Source: Candidatus Multivoradales bacterium
GTDB lineage: Bacteria > Acidobacteriota > Thermoanaerobaculia > Multivoradales > J023
DNA length: 64,000 nucleotides
Assembly: GCA_965248925.1 (NCBI GenBank)
Contig: CBDFLE010000006.1
Location: 2,880,001 to 2,944,000 of the forward strand
Direction: 5' to 3'
Program-made: the position numbers and the translations under genes
Shown here: piece by piece, positions 1 through 10,893 of the stretch
Numbering within the stretch: the first letter of the stretch is position 1
Layout: each line of letters opens with the position of its first letter
The notes under the pieces: generated by a model
Told to the model about the DNA's origin: nothing
Database searches by the model: none
The model's input: only the letters and a program-made list of their open reading frames with translations

Positions 1-452
1 TACCCCAAGGGAATCGGTGCGTCGGCACCCCCTCGGGCACGATTCTCTCGATCATTGATCAGCGCGCTGAACGGGTCCTCTGGCGCCAGCGAGGCATCTT
101 CGAGCGGCACCGCCGCGATCCCCTCGGCCTCCAGTGTCGCCACCGTGCTCGGGGTCATCACCAGCGGATCGTCGGGATAGATCCAATGCGAGTCGAGGAT
201 GTATTGATTGGCCTCCCAGATCTGCGGCCAGAGGTGGCCATCGCCGAGAAAGCGCTGCGCCAGGCCCCACAGCGAGTCGCCGGGCTGGACGACGTAGATC
301 TGTGATCCTGCAGGGACCATTGAGGGCGGGTTCCAAGCCGTCCAATGCTGATCTGCAAGATGTAGATCACGCGGTGGCTCGTCAGCCGTCAGGCCCAGGG
401 CCATCAAGACGGGTATTGCGGTGAGAATTGCGTACCAGCTCCGCTTGCTCAT
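1..452 (-). CDS. LysM peptidoglycan-binding secreted protein (partial, runs off window start)
   Basis: Manual translation from ATG at 452 with GGGAGG RBS: MSKRSWYAILTAIPVLMALGLTA (signal-like) ... IYVVQPGDSLWGLAQRFLGDGHLWPQIWEANQYILDSHWIYP (LysM). Absent from the ORF track because it is truncated. Confidence 0.85.
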   Translation of the reverse strand, partial: MSKRSWYAILTAIPVLMALGLTADEPPRDLHLADQHWTAWNPPSMVPAGSQIYVVQPGDSLWGLAQRFLGDGHLWPQIWEANQYILDSHWIYPDDPLVMTPSTVATLEAEGIAAVPLEDASLAPEDPFSALINDRENRARGGADAPIPLG

Positions 453-702
453 CCAAGCACCTCCCGGTCGCTCGTCGACGACATGTCGTGTCGAGCCACC
501 TCTGTGGCTATTTTCCGGACACTTGCGGCTATCGGCTGCCGGGTGATTGCGCGGTAGCCAGCTGCAATGCAAGGCCAGCGCAGATTACCATGCCAATGTA
601 GATTTACGTATTGGTCCATTTGCGACCTGGAAGCCAAGGTAACGGGATTACTTACGAGTGTCAAGACGGCTCCCGTCAGCGACCTGGGAGCCGGCCGATT
701 CC

Positions 703-1614
703 TCATCGCAGCGCCTCCAGTCGATCCTCTGCTTGGGCGGCTGCCGAGCTGCCGGGAAAGCCATCCACAACTTCCCGGTAGGTTTCCTTGGCGCTCTTCA
801 GATCCCCCAGCGCCTCCAGGCATTTTCCGGCCTTCAGCATCGCGTCAGGTACTTTGTTGCCGGCCGGATAGCGTTGCACCGTGGTGGTGAAAGCGGCCAG
901 CGCGCTGGAGAAATCGCCTCGCGCATAGCGACTCTCGCCGATCCAGAATTGGGCGTTGTCGGCCAGCTCTGAGTCGGCGAAGCGTTCGATAATCTGGCGG
1001 AACGAGGCTTCCGCCTCAGCGTAACGCTGACGGTGAAAAAGAGTGTAGGCCTCGTCATAGATTCTTTGCGCGGGATCGAAGTGCTCGACTATTCGAGGTG
1101 TTGGTGCGGCCTCGACCGGGGTGGTCTCAGGGCGCTCGACCCGGCGCTGGTCAGGTCGTTGGATCTCCTCGACTGGAGTCGTGACCGACGGCCGAGTGGG
1201 CCGTGGTTCCAACTCCAATTCCACTTCTTCGACCGGCAGTTCATCGATCAGGGGGCCGATGGCGACAGGTTGCCCGGCCGCCTTGCCCAGGGCAGTGGAT
1301 TCGGCAGCTGCTCGAGCGGCTGCTTCGGCAGCAGCGTCGCGAGTGGCGAGTTCGCCCCGCAAGCGTTCGACTTCTTTTTGCAGACGCTGGGCCTCCACCT
1401 CGCCGACCGTGGCTCGCTGCTGCAACTCAACGATCCGCTGTTGCAGCAGTTCGACTTGCCCCTCTTGGCTTGCTGAGCCAGAGCGGATCAAGCCGCCACC
1501 GCAAGCAGCTAGCGACAAGCCGAGGCAGAGTAGCATCCCGCCGTTAGATACCCGAGTGAGAGTTGCGCGCCGTTGGTCGCTTGATTCGGCAGGATGTTTT
1601 CTCGGGCAGCTCAT
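703..1614 (-). CDS. cpoB: Tol-Pal system protein YbgF/CpoB (lipoprotein, coiled coil plus TPR)
   Basis: Lipobox LAAC, coiled coil, C-terminal TPRs with LADNAQFWIGE and KVPDAMLKAG typical of YbgF. Confidence 0.85.
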   Translation of the reverse strand: MSCPRKHPAESSDQRRATLTRVSNGGMLLCLGLSLAACGGGLIRSGSASQEGQVELLQQRIVELQQRATVGEVEAQRLQKEVERLRGELATRDAAAEAAARAAAESTALGKAAGQPVAIGPLIDELPVEEVELELEPRPTRPSVTTPVEEIQRPDQRRVERPETTPVEAAPTPRIVEHFDPAQRIYDEAYTLFHRQRYAEAEASFRQIIERFADSELADNAQFWIGESRYARGDFSSALAAFTTTVQRYPAGNKVPDAMLKAGKCLEALGDLKSAKETYREVVDGFPGSSAAAQAEDRLEALR

Positions 1615-1617
1615 GGC

Positions 1618-2466
1618 TCAAGAGGATCCTTTCTTCTGTTTGTCGAAGGCGCGACGTCGCTCTTCGTACTTCTTCTTGTCCTTAGCGAGTTTCTTGAGCA
1701 CCTTGGTCTGGCGCTGGTCCAGTTCCGCGATCCACGGCGAGTCGGGATGTTCTTGCTCGAGTGCTTGGCGGGCGGTGGCGGCTTCCTCGCTCTGGTCACA
1801 TCTGAGGTTCGCTAGACTGAGCCAAAAGAGCACCTCGTCCATTCGGCCGTAGCTCGGATGGTCGTCGCCGACCGGCGCCAATCGTTGGATCGCGGCGGAG
1901 CACAGACCGTAACGAAAGTAGAACTTGCCGATGATCAACTCGGCGGCGGCCAAATTGTTTCCCGCTGCGGCGATCTGCTGTCGTGCCTCGGTGGTGTACT
2001 CACTGGTTGGATAGAGCCGGATCAGTTCCTGATAGGCGGCGATCGCCTGATGCGAGGCTTGCTGGTCCCGGTCAGGCTTCTCCATTCGCTGAAAAAGACA
2101 GTTGGCCACTTGAAATTGGGCGTAGTCGGCCCTTTCACTGGTCGGAAAGCGGTTCAGGAAATCGCGGTACCTGGCCTCACACTTGACGTAGTTGTCGGGT
2201 CCACCGTTTTGGTAGAGGGCGTCGGCGGCCAAGAGCAGAGCCTCGCGGCCGGTGCGCGAGTTGGGCTCGACCTCGAACGCATGGGTCAGCAGCCGCCGGG
2301 CGCGGAAGAACTTCTCAGCTTCCATCTGGGCCTTACCCTGCTCCAAGGCCTCGGCGGCCGAAAGGCGCAGAATTGGGTCCTGCCGTTGGTTGCCGCTACA
2401 AGCAGCAACCAGCAATAGCAGCCCACAGAGGAGGGGTCTGAAGAAGATTGGGGATTTTGTTCTCAT
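1618..2466 (-). CDS. bamD: Outer membrane protein assembly factor BamD
   Basis: Lipobox VAAC; YRDFLNRFPTSERADYAQFQVA, PDRDQ, LIRLYPTSEY motifs; start at 2466 overlaps the rpe stop. Confidence 0.9.
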   Translation of the reverse strand: MRTKSPIFFRPLLCGLLLLVAACSGNQRQDPILRLSAAEALEQGKAQMEAEKFFRARRLLTHAFEVEPNSRTGREALLLAADALYQNGGPDNYVKCEARYRDFLNRFPTSERADYAQFQVANCLFQRMEKPDRDQQASHQAIAAYQELIRLYPTSEYTTEARQQIAAAGNNLAAAELIIGKFYFRYGLCSAAIQRLAPVGDDHPSYGRMDEVLFWLSLANLRCDQSEEAATARQALEQEHPDSPWIAELDQRQTKVLKKLAKDKKKYEERRRAFDKQKKGSS

Positions 2467-3122
2467 GCGGTTTCCTGTGCGATTTCCTTGAGCTGGCGCA
2501 TGGCGGCCGCCGGGTCGTCTGCGTTGAAGGTCGCCGAACCGGCGACGCACACGTCAACACCCGCGGCAGTAATCTGCGCAATGTTGTCGGCGCCGATGCC
2601 GCCGTCCATCTCGATCGAGACGGTCAGTTGGCGCTCGTTGATCATCCCTCGCAAGCGCCGTGCCTTGTGTACCACGAAGGGCAGAAAACTCTGCCCGCCG
2701 AATCCTGGATTGACCGACATCAGAACCACAAAATCCAAATGGTCCAGCACATCGACCAAGAACTCGACCGGGGTGCCGGGATTGAGTGCGACGCCTGCGC
2801 GAGCGCCGCCTTCGCGAATCTGGCCCAGCAGGCGGTCGAGGTGCTCGACTGCCTCCCAATGCACCGAGATCCAAGCCGCGCCAGCTTCGAGGTAGGCATC
2901 CAAGAGACGCCCTGGGTTGGAGACCATCAGGTGCACGTCGATCGGCAGTTCGCAACGCCGGTGGACCGCCTCGAGCACCGGGATGCCGAAGCTCAGATTG
3001 GGGACAAAGTGGCCATCCATGACATCGAAATGAACCAAGCCGGCGCCACCCTCTACGCACAAGTCGAGAGCGCTGCCCAGATCCGCCAGGTCGGCGGCGA
3101 GAATCGAGGGGGCGAGAATCAT
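2463..3122 (-). CDS. rpe: Ribulose-phosphate 3-epimerase
   Basis: APSILAAD, HFDVMDGHFVPNLSFG, DVHLM, MSVNPGFGGQ, DGG motifs. Confidence 0.98.
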   Translation of the reverse strand: MILAPSILAADLADLGSALDLCVEGGAGLVHFDVMDGHFVPNLSFGIPVLEAVHRRCELPIDVHLMVSNPGRLLDAYLEAGAAWISVHWEAVEHLDRLLGQIREGGARAGVALNPGTPVEFLVDVLDHLDFVVLMSVNPGFGGQSFLPFVVHKARRLRGMINERQLTVSIEMDGGIGADNIAQITAAGVDVCVAGSATFNADDPAAAMRQLKEIAQETA

Positions 3123-3907
3123 GGAAGTCGGTACCCCCGGTCATTGACTGAAGTGGGGCCGAGCGCTAGATCGGGCTCTGGTGCCACCACGCCGAGCGAG
3201 ATCACCTCACCGCGGTGCAGAGGGTGGCCGCTGAGCGGGAATTGACGCAGAACAGTTCCCGGTGCTCGGCCTGGGTAAGTCTCGTAACCCACTCTGCCCA
3301 AGCGAAACCCGCGCTGCTCGAAAAAGCGGCGCACGGTGTCGTAGTCGCGATCAATCAAATCTGGCATCAAGAAAACTTCCATCGGATTGGCCACCGAGAT
3401 GAACAAATCCACCGCGCCGCCCAGCTTCACCATCGAGCCCACCGCCGGCTGCTGCGACACCACCGTACCGCGCGGGCCCCGCGGGCTGTAGATGCTGAGC
3501 GTCCGGCCCAGGCTGAGGCCAGCGGCCGCCAATACCACCTGTGCTGCTTGCGGCGCCTCGCCGATCACTGAAGGCACTTGCAGCAGCTGCGGACCGCGCG
3601 ACAACAGGAGGGTTACCTTACTGCCACGACGCACTAAGGTGCTGGCACCCGGACGTTGCAGCAGAACATGGCCGTCGGGCACCTGCTCATCGAAGCGATC
3701 CTCACCATGATCCAGTTGCGGGTTAAGCCCCTGATCGGCGAGCAAAGCCCGCGCCTCGGTCTCGGCCAGGCCCTTCAGTTCGGGCAGTGGAGTCACCCCC
3801 CGGCGCACGAACTGGCTGAACGAAACGTAGGCCACCAGGCCGAATATCACCGCCAACGTACCCAGGTAGGCCAGGCATCCCAGGCCACGAAACCACTTGC
3901 GCCACAT
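3119..3907 (-). CDS. PASTA domain-containing membrane protein
   Basis: N-terminal TM followed by three PASTA-like repeats (LPELKG, VPSVIG, MPDLID ... VxxQxP). Confidence 0.9.
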   Translation of the reverse strand: MWRKWFRGLGCLAYLGTLAVIFGLVAYVSFSQFVRRGVTPLPELKGLAETEARALLADQGLNPQLDHGEDRFDEQVPDGHVLLQRPGASTLVRRGSKVTLLLSRGPQLLQVPSVIGEAPQAAQVVLAAAGLSLGRTLSIYSPRGPRGTVVSQQPAVGSMVKLGGAVDLFISVANPMEVFLMPDLIDRDYDTVRRFFEQRGFRLGRVGYETYPGRAPGTVLRQFPLSGHPLHRGEVISLGVVAPEPDLALGPTSVNDRGYRLP

Positions 3908-4016
3908 AGATACCGCAGTCTACCAGAGGAGCGTTCAGAGACCGAGGAGGGTGAGCTGATTCTTACGCCGGGTCCGACTTAGCGAACATAGAGAGGCCGA
4001 CAAGTGAGTTGGTGAC

Positions 4017-5315
4017 TCAAGAGAGGATCTTGGTTAGATCGAAGAAAATCACCACCGCCATCAAGGTCATCAGCATCATGAAGCCGAGCTGGCTAACTCG
4101 TTCCTTGAAGCGCAGAGACAAGTCGCGCCGCAGCACGCTCTCGACCAGTAAAAGAGAGATGTGGCCGCCATCGAGCACCGGAATCGGCAGCAGATTCATG
4201 AAGCCGATACTGATCGACAGGAAGCCCATGGTGAACAGCAGGTCCCTGATACCTCGCTTGGCTGCCTCGCCAGAGATGACCGCGATCTCGACCGGCCCCG
4301 ACAGCGCGCTCTTGGCCTTGATGTCATTGGTCAGCAGTTTGCCGAGAATCTGCACACTGCGCTGGACAATCTCCAAGTTGAAGCGGACGCTGGCAACAAT
4401 CGCCTCGCCCAGTGGTAGCTTGCGGAAGATGCCACCGTAGACGCCGATCTTGCCCAGGCCTTCCTCGTCGGCTTCCGGGGTGACGATGACCTTCACTAGC
4501 TGGTCGTTGCGCAGCACGCCGACTTCCACCGCCACTCCGGGGTGACTTTCGATGAACTCGACGAAGCCCTTCCAGCCCCCCACTGGTTGGCCGTCAATGG
4601 TGTGCGGCAGGTCGCCGGAGAGAAATCCGGCGCGGGCGGCAGGTCGGTCCTTGACCACCTGGGTGATGCGCACTTCGAGTTCCGGACGGATGCCGGCGTC
4701 GCCGTACTCGTAGCGTTCCACTTTGATCGGTGTCACCGTAGTGGCGAAGCGTTCGCCAGCGCGCTCAACGGTGACTTCGACCGGTTTCTCGGCCGCGGTC
4801 ATGAAAGCAAAAGAGACGTCCTTCCATTTGTCGACCTTTTGGCCGTCGATGGCCACGATTAGGTCGCCGATCTCCAGCCCAGCCGCCAGTGCAGGGCCGT
4901 CTTCTTGTAGCCAGCCCACCACCGAGGGGCTTTCCTGCAGCGCCTGGGCTTCGAAGCCGGCCATGAAGACGCCAGTGATCAGCCCCACCGACAACACCCC
5001 GTTCATCGCCGGGCCTGCCAAGTAAACGATGATTCTCTGCCACCGCGGCTTGTTGAGAAACGCGTTCGGGTCGTCGTTGCGTTCGTCGGGGAGCTCTCCG
5101 TCGAGTCGGACATAGCCGCCGAACGGCAAGGCCGACAGACGACAATCCGTACCGCGGTAATTGAATCCCCAGAGCCTCTTGCCGAAGCCGAGAGAGAAGA
5201 CGGGCACATGCACGCCAAAGAGCTTAGCGGCCAGGAAATGGCCCATCTCGTGGACGAAGACGATTGCCCCGAGAGCAACCAAGAAAGCAGCGGAGTTGAA
5301 GAGGATTCCTTGCAT
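4017..5315 (-). CDS. rseP: RIP metalloprotease RseP
   Basis: HEMGH, AGPAMN, two PDZ domains, NLLPIPVLDGG. Confidence 0.96.
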   Translation of the reverse strand: MQGILFNSAAFLVALGAIVFVHEMGHFLAAKLFGVHVPVFSLGFGKRLWGFNYRGTDCRLSALPFGGYVRLDGELPDERNDDPNAFLNKPRWQRIIVYLAGPAMNGVLSVGLITGVFMAGFEAQALQESPSVVGWLQEDGPALAAGLEIGDLIVAIDGQKVDKWKDVSFAFMTAAEKPVEVTVERAGERFATTVTPIKVERYEYGDAGIRPELEVRITQVVKDRPAARAGFLSGDLPHTIDGQPVGGWKGFVEFIESHPGVAVEVGVLRNDQLVKVIVTPEADEEGLGKIGVYGGIFRKLPLGEAIVASVRFNLEIVQRSVQILGKLLTNDIKAKSALSGPVEIAVISGEAAKRGIRDLLFTMGFLSISIGFMNLLPIPVLDGGHISLLLVESVLRRDLSLRFKERVSQLGFMMLMTLMAVVIFFDLTKILS

Positions 5316-5485
5316 TACAGCCAGAGAGTCTAGCAGGTCGCGCGGCCCTGGTAGACCACCACTGACGCGCCAACCGAGGTTGCTATTGTTTGCCGGTGTC
5401 AGGCAGTCTGCCAAAAAAGCCTTCAGCTATGTCTGGGGGATGGTGTGGATTGGGATCGAGTTCTGGTGCTGCGCCAGGCTCCGCC

Positions 5486-5541
5486 CGTGCCACCCGTCTC
5501 GGCAACATCCGCCCAGCGTGCCACCCGCCTCGGCAACATCC
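5486..5541. repeat. Two 25-bp direct repeats (REP-like) downstream of the Y1 transposase
   Basis: CGTGCCACCCG(T/C)CTCGGCAACATCC at 5486 and 5517; the core GTGCCACCCG is the reverse complement of CGGGTGGCAC on the other flank of the transposase. Confidence 0.8.
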
Positions 5542-5781
5542 ATCGCGGCCGCTGTTTTTTGGGCTCTGCGAAGTTCACTATCTTGTCCATGGGTGCTCAT
5601 ATCGATTGCAGATGGACGAGGATTCGTGATCTTTGGCTTAACAGTGTCCATCGAGCAAGTTTGCCAACCGCTCGTCATTGCCTTCGGGTTCTATCAGGAC
5701 AGACCTCCCCTGTTGATTGAGAAGTTAATTCCGGTTGTTTTTGGTCTCTCTTGGCAGCAGAGACCCTCGTAAAGTCGCAGC

Positions 5782-6750
5782 CTATCCAGGCACCTGGATC
5801 GGTCCTGCTCTACTACCGGGCTGGCCAAAATCGCTCGAAACACTAGGCCGTGGGGGCGGAAAACAGCTCGGCGGAAACTCTACCGAGTGATCTCCTGCCC
5901 GCAAGCGGACGGCCGCTTGCCGATATGCTTCGACAAAGAGGCGGTAGGCCTCCTTCAACTGCTTGCGGACCGCTCTCGATGCTGCATGGACAGCTGGAGC
6001 TGGAGATTTCTTGCTGCGAGCAGGCCGCTGGTGTGGGTGCTGCTTGCGGATCACTGCCGCACCCAGGGGCACGGGGCCGCCGAGTACCACCCGTCGGGCG
6101 CTTTCAGCATCGATCTCCGCGACCATCTCGGTAAGACGCCGTCGAATTTCATCAGACGGCAGGTGCCGCCAGCAGGGCAGCGGATCCAGCCGCAGGGTAT
6201 GGCGTTTGGTGAAGGTCTCAAGGTCGACCTTCTGGTAACGGCGGTGGGCTTCGTACTCGAGACTGCGGTCACGCCAAATCCCCTCTAGAGGTTTGCCCTG
6301 GGTGAGAGCTTCGATGCACTGCAGCCCTGGCCACTCCCGGCAGCGGAGCACCAGATTCTCTTTCGGGCCGTGGCTGATCACATAGCGCAGTCTGGAAACC
6401 AACGCCGCCTCTTCGCTGCTGACTTCGATAGCTCGGAAGCGGCGGCCCCAGAATTTCTCCGGCCAGTCGACAATGAGATTTGCTTCGCGGGCAAGGTTGC
6501 CGTTGACGTACTCCATGAAGCCGGATAGATCTTTGACGTTGGCGGCTCCGATCAGGAAATGGAGGTGGTTGAGGAGGCCGCCGAAAGCATAGATCTCCAC
6601 CGGATGGCGCAGCTGGGCGCGGGCGATGATGCCGATCGCAATGCTGCGGAAGTGCTCGCCAGCAGGTAGCAGGTATCGGCTTTGGAGGCAGCGCGTGGTG
6701 ATTTCGAAGATAGCGCCGCCGGGGCGAATGTGTCGGAGTTGTCTTCCCAT
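5782..6750 (-). CDS. REP-associated tyrosine (Y1/HUH, IS200-like) transposase, RAYT-type
   Basis: FEITTRC, NHLH (HUH), FWGRRF, LRYV..HGPKENLV...WPG; flanked by repeats. Confidence 0.85.
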   Translation of the reverse strand: MGRQLRHIRPGGAIFEITTRCLQSRYLLPAGEHFRSIAIGIIARAQLRHPVEIYAFGGLLNHLHFLIGAANVKDLSGFMEYVNGNLAREANLIVDWPEKFWGRRFRAIEVSSEEAALVSRLRYVISHGPKENLVLRCREWPGLQCIEALTQGKPLEGIWRDRSLEYEAHRRYQKVDLETFTKRHTLRLDPLPCWRHLPSDEIRRRLTEMVAEIDAESARRVVLGGPVPLGAAVIRKQHPHQRPARSKKSPAPAVHAASRAVRKQLKEAYRLFVEAYRQAAVRLRAGDHSVEFPPSCFPPPRPSVSSDFGQPGSRAGPIQVPG

Positions 6751-6857
6751 ACCCCCCAAAGACGACAGGGGGGACTCCAATCTTGCGGGTTCGGGCGAGA
6801 AACTTCGAAGATTTTGTGGAGGATCTGGTGCGGAACACATCCGCGGATGGCGTAACT

Positions 6858-7024
6858 GGCTGAAAACAAATGAGTACGAATCGGGTGGCACCCTGAATGG
6901 CACCCTGAATGGGGGCCTGAATGGGCACCCTGAATGGGCTGAAAACAAATGAGTACGAATCGGGTGGCACCCTGAATGGCACCCTGAATGGGGGCCTGAA
7001 TGGGCTACTTCAGCTACTTCAGCT
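6858..7024. repeat. Nested repeat block upstream of the Y1 transposase
   Basis: A ~69-bp unit (GGCTGAAAACAAATGAGTACGAATCGGGTGGCACCCTGAATGG...) occurs at 6858 and 6937, is built of CCTGAATGG subrepeats, and is followed by CTACTTCAG x2. Confidence 0.9.
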
Positions 7025-7867
7025 GTTGGCCGACCAGTGCTGAGCGCCAATCAACCACAGGCCGGCGAGAAAGACCGGGGTGGCCAGGAGCAGAGCATCG
7101 AGGCGGTCGTAGAGCCCGCCGTGGCCGGGAATGAGCTGTGAGGAGTCTTTGACCCCAGCTCCGCGCTTGAACAAGCTTTCCACTAGATCGCCGACTTGGG
7201 CGACGACAGCGGTTGCCGCCGCCACTGACAGCAATCCCCCGTCGAGACGGTCGAGGCGCCACATTGACCACACGGCAGTCGCGCCCATGGCGGCGAGGAA
7301 GCCTCCCGCGGCTCCTTCCCATGACTTGTTGGGACTGATCCGTGGCGACATCTTGTGGCGACCGATTTTCGAGCCGACGTAGAACGCCATGGTGTCGCTC
7401 AGCCAGACAATCGCCAGCAGTGCCGCGACCAGCCAGGGGTCTTGCCATTGCAAGGCCCCGAGGCAGGCCAGCGGTACCGCGAAGTAGGGCACCGCGAAGG
7501 CAGCCAGGCCGATCGCCAATGCCGCCTCTTCGACTTTGGTGCGCGGTGACAGGCCGACCAAGGCCGCTGCCAGGGTTACCCCGTGAGCGGCGACCACCAG
7601 CCACAGGCTCACTTTGCCGGATTGTGGATAGAAGCGGAATGCACCGTAAAGCAGGGTTCCGGCTAGGGGCACCCACAGCAACAACCAGCCCAGGGGCGCG
7701 CTCGGCGCCCAGTGGCGAGCAATGCGCACGAACTCGTTGGCGGTGGCTGTCAGTAAGATCGCCAGCAGGCCGAAAATCACCACCGAAGGCAGCAGAAACA
7801 CGGCCACCAGACAGAGCGGTGCGGCGATCAGACCGAAGATCAGGCGCTGTTGTCGCGAACTCGTCAC
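7019..7867 (-). CDS. cdsA: Phosphatidate cytidylyltransferase
   Basis: SPNKSWEG, GDLVESLFKRGAGVKDSSQLIPGHGGLYDRLD. Confidence 0.97.
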   Translation of the reverse strand: MTSSRQQRLIFGLIAAPLCLVAVFLLPSVVIFGLLAILLTATANEFVRIARHWAPSAPLGWLLLWVPLAGTLLYGAFRFYPQSGKVSLWLVVAAHGVTLAAALVGLSPRTKVEEAALAIGLAAFAVPYFAVPLACLGALQWQDPWLVAALLAIVWLSDTMAFYVGSKIGRHKMSPRISPNKSWEGAAGGFLAAMGATAVWSMWRLDRLDGGLLSVAAATAVVAQVGDLVESLFKRGAGVKDSSQLIPGHGGLYDRLDALLLATPVFLAGLWLIGAQHWSANS

Positions 7868-7876
7868 GCCGGGTTC

Positions 7877-8701
<825 letters not shown>

Positions 8702-8728
8702 TGTACCACAGCGAACCCCGCGGACGGT

Positions 8729-9496
8729 TCAAGCTTGCCAACCGTCCAGGGGCGCCCAGCGGCGGTGGTAGAAGACTTGCTCTAGCGACAGCCCCTGGGC
8801 CGGGGCGGTGGGGCCGGCGGCGGTGCGAGGCTGGCCGCTCAGCAGGTGGTCGATCCAGCCCGGCTGCTGCGTTCCGCGACCTACCAACACTATGCTGCCG
8901 ACCAAGCTGCGCACCATGCCGCGGAGGAAGCCGTCGCCAAGGAAACTCAGCCGCACTTCACGTCCGACTTCGTCGACGGTGACCGCGAACAGCCGCCTGA
9001 AGGGCTGGCCGTGGGAACCGCCGGCGAGGGCGAAAGCGGTGAAGTCGTGTCTGCCCACCAACCGCGCCGTCGCGCGCCTCATGGCCGCCACGTCGAGCTG
9101 GCGCGGCGCCAGGGCGACGAAGGGTTCCACTGGCGCCGGCGCGGCGCGACCACGATACAAACGGTAGATGTACTCCTTGCCCAGCGCCGATTTGCGAGCA
9201 TTGAAGTTGGCAGGCATCCGGTGGGCCGCCAGCAGCCGTATGTCCAGAGGTAAATGGTGGTTTGTCGCCAGCACCAGGCCGCGGTAGGGAAAGGTGCGCG
9301 GAAGTCGCAGATGGGCGATCTGGCCGTGAGCATGGACCCCCGCATCGGTGCGGCCCGCGCCGTGGATGCGAATCGGCTCACCGAGGACCTTTGCCAGCGC
9401 TTCTTCGACCACCTGCTGGATCGCTAGAGCGTTGCTCTGTCGCTGCCAGCCGGCGTAGGCCGTGCCGCGGTATGACAGAGTCAGGCGGCAGACCAT
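8729..9496 (-). CDS. truA: tRNA pseudouridine(38-40) synthase TruA
   Basis: From ATG 9496: YRGTAYAGWQRQ, GAGRTDAGVHA, GFLRGMVR, TAPAQGL. Confidence 0.96.
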   Translation of the reverse strand: MVCRLTLSYRGTAYAGWQRQSNALAIQQVVEEALAKVLGEPIRIHGAGRTDAGVHAHGQIAHLRLPRTFPYRGLVLATNHHLPLDIRLLAAHRMPANFNARKSALGKEYIYRLYRGRAAPAPVEPFVALAPRQLDVAAMRRATARLVGRHDFTAFALAGGSHGQPFRRLFAVTVDEVGREVRLSFLGDGFLRGMVRSLVGSIVLVGRGTQQPGWIDHLLSGQPRTAAGPTAPAQGLSLEQVFYHRRWAPLDGWQA

Positions 9497-10893
9497 TTGC
9501 TGCCTCGCAGTGAGATGAAGAAGGGTGCCCAGATCACCAGCCAAAGCCAAGGGAAGAGTTCGATCTCGGTGATCTGGGGCAAGTAAGACAGCTGCACCAG
9601 GGCGCTCAATATCAACCAGGCGCGATGTCGCGCCAGCGCCGCCCAAGGCAGCACCCAGAGGAGGTACCAGGGATAGAGAGTCGCTGTGCAAATCAACACC
9701 GCCGCGAAGATCCTGCCGCTGCCCGCCACCAGGCCACTGCCCCACAGGGCGCGGCCGATCAGCCCGAGTAGCAGCAAGGCCAATAACCCCTTGGCCAGCA
9801 GCTGGGGATAGACCCAAGGGTGGAGTCGGGAGATCTGCTGATGGCGACCAGTGAGCCTTTTCAAGCGGTCGAGGCCGTTCTTGATCCGGCGGTCGGCTTC
9901 GATCCGTTCCAGGCCGCGCCACAGCGGCTCGTAGAGCGCTCCGTTGAATTCCCAGGAGACGCCATAGCGCACCAAGCCGGGAGGAATGCCATCGGTCGAA
10001 GCGGCCACCGCTCCGAGAGTGCCCAGAACCGGCAACAGGGCCGCCAGCAGAAAGAGCGCCGGTCGCCGGCTGAGCAGCGCCCACAGGGGTAAGGCCACCA
10101 AAGGGACGAGTTTGGTGAGAACCCCAGCCGCCGCCGCCAGTCCGCTGATCACCGCCGGTCGCGACTGGCTCAGCAGCCAGCCGGTCCCGACGATCGCCAG
10201 AACTCCTAGCCCGTCGATGTGGCCCATGCCGGCGACTTCCATGACAACCAGGGGATTCCAGGCATACCAAGCGGTCCGGCCGCTACCGAGCCCCAGGTTG
10301 GCGGCCAGGCGGATTAGCAGCCAGCAGGCGGTGAGTTCGGCAACACAGAGTAGAATCTTGAGGCTTAGGAGGGGTAGCGGCAATATGCTCGACAATCCAA
10401 ACAAGGCGAGCGCCACCGGCGGGTAGACCGTTTCGACATCTTTGTGCGGCACCGCTCGCCACAGATCGTCGCGAAGCTCTGCCAGCCGAGGACTTTCGGG
10501 AGCTAGCAGATACGGATTGTGACCCGCTGCCAGCACCCTGCCGTCCCAGGTGTAGCGCAGGATGTCGTCGGACAGTGAAGGCGGTAGGGGAATGAGGAGT
10601 AAGCGCAGCAGGGTCGCTATCAGCAGCACTTGGGTGGTGTCCAGGCGGTTTTCGAGCCGGCGGACCGCGCGGAACCAAAGCCCGAAAGCCAGCGCCAGCA
10701 GGCTGAAGGTCAGCCAGGGTGTCCGCGCTAGGTCCCAAACCGCGAGCAACGCCGCGTGAACGGCGATCAGAGGAAAGACAACCTGCCACAGCTCCGCGGC
10801 CGGCAGGATGGAGGAAGCTAGCTTCGATGGAAGTGTTATCGACGTGGTTCGAGCCGCTGGCTGCTTTTCTGGGCTGGTTGGAGAGTTGGGCAT
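9481..10893 (-). CDS. Polytopic membrane glycosyltransferase (GT-C/GT87-like)
   Basis: LSDDILRYTWDG, TVYPP, YAWNPL, GHIDG, YPWY motifs; multiple TMs; start uncertain. Confidence 0.75.
   Translation of the reverse strand: MPNSPTSPEKQPAARTTSITLPSKLASSILPAAELWQVVFPLIAVHAALLAVWDLARTPWLTFSLLALAFGLWFRAVRRLENRLDTTQVLLIATLLRLLLIPLPPSLSDDILRYTWDGRVLAAGHNPYLLAPESPRLAELRDDLWRAVPHKDVETVYPPVALALFGLSSILPLPLLSLKILLCVAELTACWLLIRLAANLGLGSGRTAWYAWNPLVVMEVAGMGHIDGLGVLAIVGTGWLLSQSRPAVISGLAAAAGVLTKLVPLVALPLWALLSRRPALFLLAALLPVLGTLGAVAASTDGIPPGLVRYGVSWEFNGALYEPLWRGLERIEADRRIKNGLDRLKRLTGRHQQISRLHPWVYPQLLAKGLLALLLLGLIGRALWGSGLVAGSGRIFAAVLICTATLYPWYLLWVLPWAALARHRAWLILSALVQLSYLPQITEIELFPWLWLVIWAPFFISLRGSKWSAA

Noticed and set aside
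6858-7005. CRISPR array or coding N-terminal extension of the transposase ORF
   Set aside because: The units are exact duplications without spacers; the longer ORF start at 7050 merely reads through the repeats.
8729-10270. 513-aa TruA fusion protein
   Set aside because: The upstream half overlaps the membrane glycosyltransferase in another frame; the real start is 9496.
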